Source: Chrysomallon squamiferum
Taxonomy: Eukaryota; Animalia; Mollusca
DNA length: 64,000 bases
Reading direction: 5' to 3'
Assembly (NCBI GenBank): GCA_012295275.1
Contig: CM022669.1
Location: 13,578,001 to 13,642,000, forward strand
The translations under genes were made by a program, and so were the position numbers. The notes under the pieces were generated by a model. It saw nothing but the letters and a program-made list of their open reading frames with translations. It was not told where the DNA came from and did no database searches. This document shows, piece by piece, positions 57,075 to 64,000 of the stretch (position 1 is the stretch's first letter; every line of letters starts with the position of its first letter).

Positions 57075-57282
57075 GTATCCAGATGTTAACTAACAACGTT
57101 AAAGTGAAATAAACGTTAAGAATTCGAACATTTTAAATGAAATCAAGCCTTAAGAATCGGGCTGACAATTTTATAGCAGGGGACTGTTTATAGAGGTATG
57201 AAACAAGTAATTAACTTGTTAATGAACTATCATAGCTTAAACAAGTGTTCATTAAGCGGTTGGTGAAATTAATAATAATAAT
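57075..57282 (-). repeat. inverted repeat arm B (pairs with 53212-53391)
   Basis: See arm A. Internally self-complementary (ttaatgaac...gttcattaa; aacaagt...acttgtt). Confidence 0.9.
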
Positions 57283-57299
57283 ACACGTCACAAGAGGTA

Positions 57300-57470
57300 T
57301 TCTGCCAATCAGGACTCAAACATGTTAGCTAACCAACGTAACAGTGGTTCTGATTTAGAAGCATATACTTTTAATGAGGTGTATTTAAGCGCATGCTCGA
57401 AATTCGGCACTGTTTACTTCCTGGTTTAGTAGCTCCGTGTTTTAACTTCGATTACGTCAGAGTCACGTTA
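57300..57470 (+). promoter_or_regulatory. promoter/enhancer-like motif cluster
   Basis: GCCAATCAG 57304, TATTTAA 57382, NRF1-like GCGCATGCTC 57389, forkhead TGTTTAC 57411 overlapping ETS ACTTCCTGG 57416, CRE-like TTACGTCA 57452. Confidence 0.4.
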
Positions 57471-57608
57471 AAATCCGATTAATTCATGGTAATGTGGGTA
57501 ATTTTTTTACAGTCTCGTTTGATCTTCTTTGAATTGGGTTCGTAGAAATTCCTGCATGAAGAATGAGGATATTTTTTTATTTCTTTTCTTCTTTTTAATT
57601 TGTTTTTC

Positions 57609-57642
<34 letters not shown>

Positions 57643-57654
57643 TCTTTATTTATT

Positions 57655-57751
<97 letters not shown>

Positions 57752-58390
57752 TCCAATAAAAGGAATTTCTGAATGAAGTAAATCCATTCCATATAGACGT
57801 GGGCGTACATCATAAGACAGCAGGGGACAGCACATTTGTGCTTTTATCCTTGCAAGACTTGTTGAAAAATCAACGCCTCTCTTTCCATTCAACCAAACAG
57901 CAACAAAATCTGAAATCATTAACTTTCACCTATGATATCTTTGTACGTCGTGAAGGACGACAATTATTAACAAATTTCAGACCAGATTGTTAACATCGCT
58001 GCTACAGCATCCTGTAAAATTACACCAAACTAAGCTAATTCGTCATCGTGTCACAGATTCAACCACATCCACCGCGTCTGTTACGACGACGACTGCTGTT
58101 TGACATTTAATGGCTGGGATGTACTTTTGCTCCCCGTAATTACAATATAATTTCAGAGCACCGCGCATCCGAATATAACTCAAATTAACAATGGAAAAAA
58201 AAAAGACAGAGGGCCTAGTTTCGGGCACGTTATAAATGACCCTTCTTTCTCTTTTAAATGAACTATAAATATTCAAATAACGCCGCAATCATTTGTTCCT
58301 AGTGTAATTGGGATGGAGATTTTTATTCCAGTTAGGCGAAAAGGACCATCTCGTTTAATGGTGGTGCTTTGCTAAATTCACTGAGGGCTA

Positions 58391-58803
58391 ATAGTTATTT
58401 ATGTGGCAGTTTATAAGTCAGTCAAACGATTATTTCGTAAAGAATGACCTAAACTGTACTGAATCATTTGGTATTAATTGTCTTCATAAAAAATGAGCAC
58501 GATTATAAGACAGTTTCTAAGTTAGATAAATAATCGTTTAAGAGAATTGTTTGTATTAAGTATTGCCATAAAAGAAACGATGAAAGGACGTATTTGTAGT
58601 TTTATACAGCATTTTTTTCTTCTCTTTTTTTCTATTTAATTATTTGTTTTAAATTTATTCATAGAAATTATACAATTTAGTCGCGTGAAGGCAATAAAGT
58701 TATTTATGTGGCAAATTCTTATTAGTTAAATAATTATTTCATAAAATAATTAACATTGTTGTGTTCAAATTTTTTGAATTAATTATCTTAATAGACGGGA
58801 GTG
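58391..58803 (+). repeat. diverged ~110-bp direct repeat (58391-58500 and 58695-58803)
   Basis: agttatttatgtggca...attatttc.taaa...attaatt.tctt.ata is collinear in both copies. Confidence 0.75.
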
Positions 58804-58946
58804 TGCCGGGGTATATTTTACAATTACTTATTTCTATTTAATTATTTTTACATAGTAAAGAGACGATCTTGTTCAGTGATAAAACATTAACCTGCTATAG
58901 CAGATTCTGAGTTAAATAATTATTTAACAAAGTTTTACAATTATTA

Positions 58947-59217
58947 TTCGGTGTTAAACACCGTCTTCGTGTAATACACCGTAGATCTCATATCAGTGCA
59001 CCTCTGTGATTTGTCTCTCATTGTTACCAGTGCTCATAACGCATATCAAAGGCTATGTTATTACTTATCCTGTATGAAAAAAAAGCATACAGACAATTCG
59101 TTGTTGTTGATGGAAAGACGTAACAGGTTTCCTCTGAAGTCTGTACGATGTGTCATCACTGACAATCTGAGCCGGTGATAGGAAATTAATTAACGTACAT
59201 GAAAGTGAGCGTTTAAC
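58947..59217 (+). mobile_element. near full-length decayed tRNA-SINE
   Basis: ccagtgctcataacgcatatcaaaggctatgttattacttatcctgtatg...gcatacagacaattcgttgttgttgatggaaagacgtaacaggtttcctctgaagtct...agccggtgat...gcgtttaac follows, in order, the central domain and tail of a mollusc tRNA-SINE as I recall it, and shares blocks with the 28.7 and 35.9 kb copies. Confidence 0.65.
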
Positions 59218-59517
59218 TTACTTCAGAGAAATAAAATTTATTTTAAGCAGTCTGCATCAAGCCATCTGTTATTACCTGTCATTTGTGTGACTGATACAGA
59301 TAAATGAATGGACAGATGGATAAAGGAAGGAAATAAGATGTAAAAAGACATGTTTCATAAAATGTAGAAACAACAGAGAGATATAAAAAATGTACATTCA
59401 TTTACGAATATAAATGCAAAGAGATATGCTGACATATACACTGACATATGCACACGTAGATACACACACATATATGTGTACAGACATAAAAACACATTGC
59501 ATACGTTTATATATATA

Positions 59518-59575
<58 letters not shown>

Positions 59576-59789
59576 CAATACAACATTTTTATATACACTG
59601 TCACACATACTGATAAACATACACATACATACACATGTACATAAACACTCAGACACACACATACACAAATGAAAAATCGCAATCGAAACTAATGTAGATA
59701 TAAACAACTATTTTAACACAGGTATCGCATTTCTGCTACCAGATCTATACTCCACAATCAGGTTTTAACAATAATTGTTTTTACGCTGG

Positions 59790-59793
<4 letters not shown>

Positions 59794-59883
<90 letters not shown>
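59794..59883. repeat. (CT)n microsatellite
   Basis: Seen directly. Confidence 0.97.
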
Positions 59884-59885
<2 letters not shown>

Positions 59886-60628
59886 ATACGTAATTCGTAT
59901 TTGTACAACGAAAACCGAAGCATGATGAAAACCTGATAAAGTCTATTATTAACTTTAGCTGTTCAAATACGTAAGTAAACGTTTGTCTCGGCTTTCAGTA
60001 ACACACAGCAGCTGTTTGCTATATTAATAACGCAGCTTCACTTTAATACACTGGACAGACGAAGTCGCGGACAAGGTATAACTGCAATGATTGTATTGTC
60101 GCGTTTAGCGTAAAAGGTCGGTCGGTTATAGTGACACAACAATCAATTTATACTTATTACAAACACCATTCTCTGTGTACGGCAAAACCCACGGGTCACA
60201 CCTGTTTGTAAATCTCATTTTATTGTCGATTTTGGCTGTTTTACTACTTCGTCACCAACTTTTAATAGATCGCTTACCCGCACATTAACAATGATGTCAG
60301 GACATTTACGATGGTTTTGCTCGTGTGTATATATTTTTCTGAAGTTGTTATTGTTTTTTTTGTTTTTGTTGTTTTTAAATGGTGGATATTTCTTTTCTTT
60401 TTTTTATGTATTATGTGTTCGGTTGTTATAGGCCTCGTTTAGAGTGTTTTAGGTTCTCTTCGTTGTTTAGAACAATAGGAAAACCCACCACGTTGTCGAA
60501 ATTAAAAGAGTGGCAGTCCTCCGTCAGGGACATAAAGAGTTATTTTAGTCAAGGGTAGACGTATTTTTATTATTATTTTATCTGTGTTTATTTCAACAGT
60601 AAAAATAGTATACCTCTACATACATGTT

Positions 60629-60778
<150 letters not shown>

Positions 60779-61144
60779 TTCTTATTGCTCATTTGAAACA
60801 TCTTTATAAGATACCCAGAACTATTATGAGTGTTTGAGTGTAATATACTGAAACGTATTGACTGAAACTTTTAGACTGCTGGTTTGAACTGAATATTGCA
60901 ATCGTAAGACATAACCATATTTATGTATCATCTAAATACATTTAGCATTTGTTTTATTTTTTTCGCTACTGCAGACATATCACTGAAGTCTATGCACTCG
61001 ATATTAAGACAAAGAAGATTCCAATTCGTGTTAGTTCTCCTACAGATACTAATAGTTATGTTAATCTAGATAATATTATTATGTCCTTATCGTAAGTTTA
61101 AATATAAATACATACGTATATATACATATACAGACATACATAGA

Positions 61145-61176
<32 letters not shown>

Positions 61177-61860
61177 AATACACATGCACACACACATATG
61201 TACATATGTATGTATGTATGTGTGTGTGTATGTGTGTGTGTATGTGTGTATATATATATGCAAATGAATATAAAATGAATGTGAACCGTGCAAAGCCTTT
61301 AGCGACAAAAAAGAGGTTTTGTTTCTTCATTGTTTTTTTTTTTTTGTTGTTGTTTGTTTGTTTCTTCTTTGTTTTTTCTAACACCAAGACACATTAATAC
61401 TGAAGCTCGGAGCCTCAGTTTAAATCGATGTGACATTTCTAACTAATACACATAAACATGTCTGCAGAATTAACTCATTTCCTCTTTCGTGTTTTCTAAT
61501 TTGCTTTAAAATGGGCTCTGTGTCTTTCACTCAGTTTTCTGTCCGGTGTAATGTGTCTGTCACTAACTCGACTCCTCCATCTCTGTCTCGTATCTTTTGA
61601 AGAATTTTTTTTTTTTTTTTTACCGTCTGAGAGGCGGTGTGGTGTGGGTGGGTATGTCAGTGAATATGTGGGTTTTTTTTTTTCGATTGTATATAAACAA
61701 TTAAATTGACAGTCTTAATATTATTATAAATAATAATCGTTTATTTTGAGTTTATTTTATTTTATTTCATGTATCTCATTTATTTGTTTGTTTATTTATT
61801 TGTATATATGTGTGTATGTATGTATGCATATTTGCATATTTGCATATATGTGCATGAGTC

Positions 61861-61906
<46 letters not shown>

Positions 61907-62375
61907 TTTTCAAATTCCGTGGATATGTTTGTTACCATTTGTGACCCGTGTGAGGTTTTCATTTTGTGCTTAACATATACATACACCCTTACTAACAATG
62001 ACAATAAAAAATATAAATTAACTTCGGTCAGGCAGTACAAAATCGTACAGAACTATGAAGAAAATGTGACAGAAACAAAGAAAGAGTAACACAAAACACG
62101 AAACAGCGTGTATCCCATATAGCCAGAACAGCTTAATACTGTTACTCGCAAAAACACAAACACATCTCAGGATCATCCATATCTTTATATCTCAAAGCCT
62201 TTGTTAACATTTTTCTTTTGACAATGTAAAAAGAAAATCCACTGAACAAGCAAGCATGCAGACAACCCCAAAATTCATACTTGTGAAAAAAATAAATAAA
62301 GAAAGAAACAAAATAATGAAAAGAAGAGGAAAGCTGCTTAAGTTTGCTTCGTGATCTTTGTTACACAAACATGGC

Positions 62376-62426
<51 letters not shown>

Positions 62427-62761
62427 CAGCTGAGACTGACAAGGTATGTCAGTAAGAAAATGAGCAGACTTATTATGACGACGATAAAAGTGTCGAGTTC
62501 AGTAGTAAACTCTCGTGCTCGAGTAGTCAGATTCCAGTCAACGCAGATAACGTTACGCTCCTGTCTTTACGACAGAAACAGAGTCAGCAGTAAACACACA
62601 GTCTTGTGTTTGTTCTACGACACTGGTCGATGTTTCCGTACAGTGCAATCTACGCTTTGTTTGCTCTACACTGAATCATAAATAAAAACCTATAAACATA
62701 AATACACACACATACGCACTTGTAAAGTGTTGCAAATCAGATAAAAGAAAAGTGCACAAAG

Positions 62762-62885
<124 letters not shown>

Positions 62886-63074
62886 ATCTTTCTCTGACAG
62901 ACACACTCATATTATCGTTCTTTCTTTCTTTCCATCTCTCTCTCTCTATTTATCTCTCTCTCACACACATAAGCTCTCATGTTCTTTCCTTCTCTGCTAC
63001 TAAGTCTCTATCTCAGTTCTCAGTGCCTCGCGCAAGCAACACGCAATCTGACATCAGTTTTCTATCTTAACAGT

Positions 63075-63195
63075 GGTAGTAGTAACAATAGTAGCAGTAT
63101 TATAGTATATATAGTAATGGTAGTTGTAGTAGAAGTAGCAATAATAGTAGTAGTAGTTGTTGCAGTAATGATATTAATAATAGAAGTAGTAGTAA

Positions 63196-63226
<31 letters not shown>

Positions 63227-63300
63227 CGTAGTTGTAGTTGCAGGTGTTGTAGTAGTAGTAGTTGTTGTTGTAGTAGAGGTAATCGTAGCAGTATTAATCG
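63075..63300. repeat. degenerate (AGT)n block
   Basis: Seen directly; source of the poly-V pseudo-ORF. Confidence 0.92.
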
Positions 63301-63686
63301 TAGAATCGCTCGTACACTGGTGTCGTATCGGTAGCTCTGGATAGTTACAGCAGTGCTAGCTGTGTAGTTTTATAATAATTACATCTTCAAAAAAAAAAAA
63401 GATACTTCAGCCTTTGATGAATGAAATGGAATTTGAAAACACTTCACAGCTGCATTATTCATCGAGCTGGCAAAATGGCTCACAGCTTCCTAATATTTAG
63501 TTATTTTTGTCTTACGAGGTGTGAGTTATTTCTGTTTACTTAGTTATTAACGGTCCTGTCATGACAATTCTGATAAGCTCGTCAGAATGGACAAGTTACG
63601 GACGTATTTAGAAATAAATTAAACGGGAAATAACAGGTGAATTATTTTTTAACTTTTTTTTCATCGTCTTTTTTATATGTGCATCT

Positions 63687-63717
<31 letters not shown>

Positions 63718-64000
63718 TCTTTTCTCTAAATATAAATATATATATATATATATATATATGTATGATTGTATGAATGCATGTATGTGTGTGTGTGTCTGTG
63801 TGTTTTTGTGTGTGTTTGTGTGTGTGTGTGTTTGTGTGTGTGTATAGGTTTAGTTAATAACCATTTTGTTCGGTAAATGACAGCGGGAAATTAGATTTCT
63901 ATATTAATTTGCTTATCTTTTAGTAAATATAACATATTTATCTACATTTACCTTTATTTAAGTTATGAGTGTACTGAAAAAGATATATTAGTAATTTTCA

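Noticed and set aside
62371-62443. aaacATGGCGGAC start in good context, followed by donor aag|gtatgt
   Set aside because: In this allele the frame runs through (CA)n to TGA at 62431 before reaching the donor.

Overview
AT-rich, very microsatellite-dense eukaryotic (invertebrate animal) DNA that reads as intronic/intergenic. Decayed tRNA-SINE copies resembling mollusc SINEs I recall suggest a mollusc, but that is inference. I recognise no protein domain, no intact transposase or reverse transcriptase, no rRNA, no functional tRNA and no CRISPR array. Many ORF-track entries are translations of simple repeats; the rest are short and unrecognisable. The real structure is: (1) dozens of simple repeats and several minisatellites, including a 32-bp palindromic array at 36.6-37.1 kb and an 18-bp family in opposite orientations at 9.1 and 12.8-13.2 kb; (2) local direct duplications and a ~190-bp inverted repeat pair at 53.2/57.1 kb; (3) several decayed copies of one tRNA-SINE family, plus a separate tRNA-derived head at 41.2 kb; (4) short CpG-retaining islands with promoter/enhancer motif clusters (23.7, 44.4, 53.9-54.7, 57.3 kb); (5) a low-confidence chain of small, frame-compatible minus-strand exon candidates. 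I could not support a novel multi-gene system; the findings are leads to test. All alignments and counts were done by eye.
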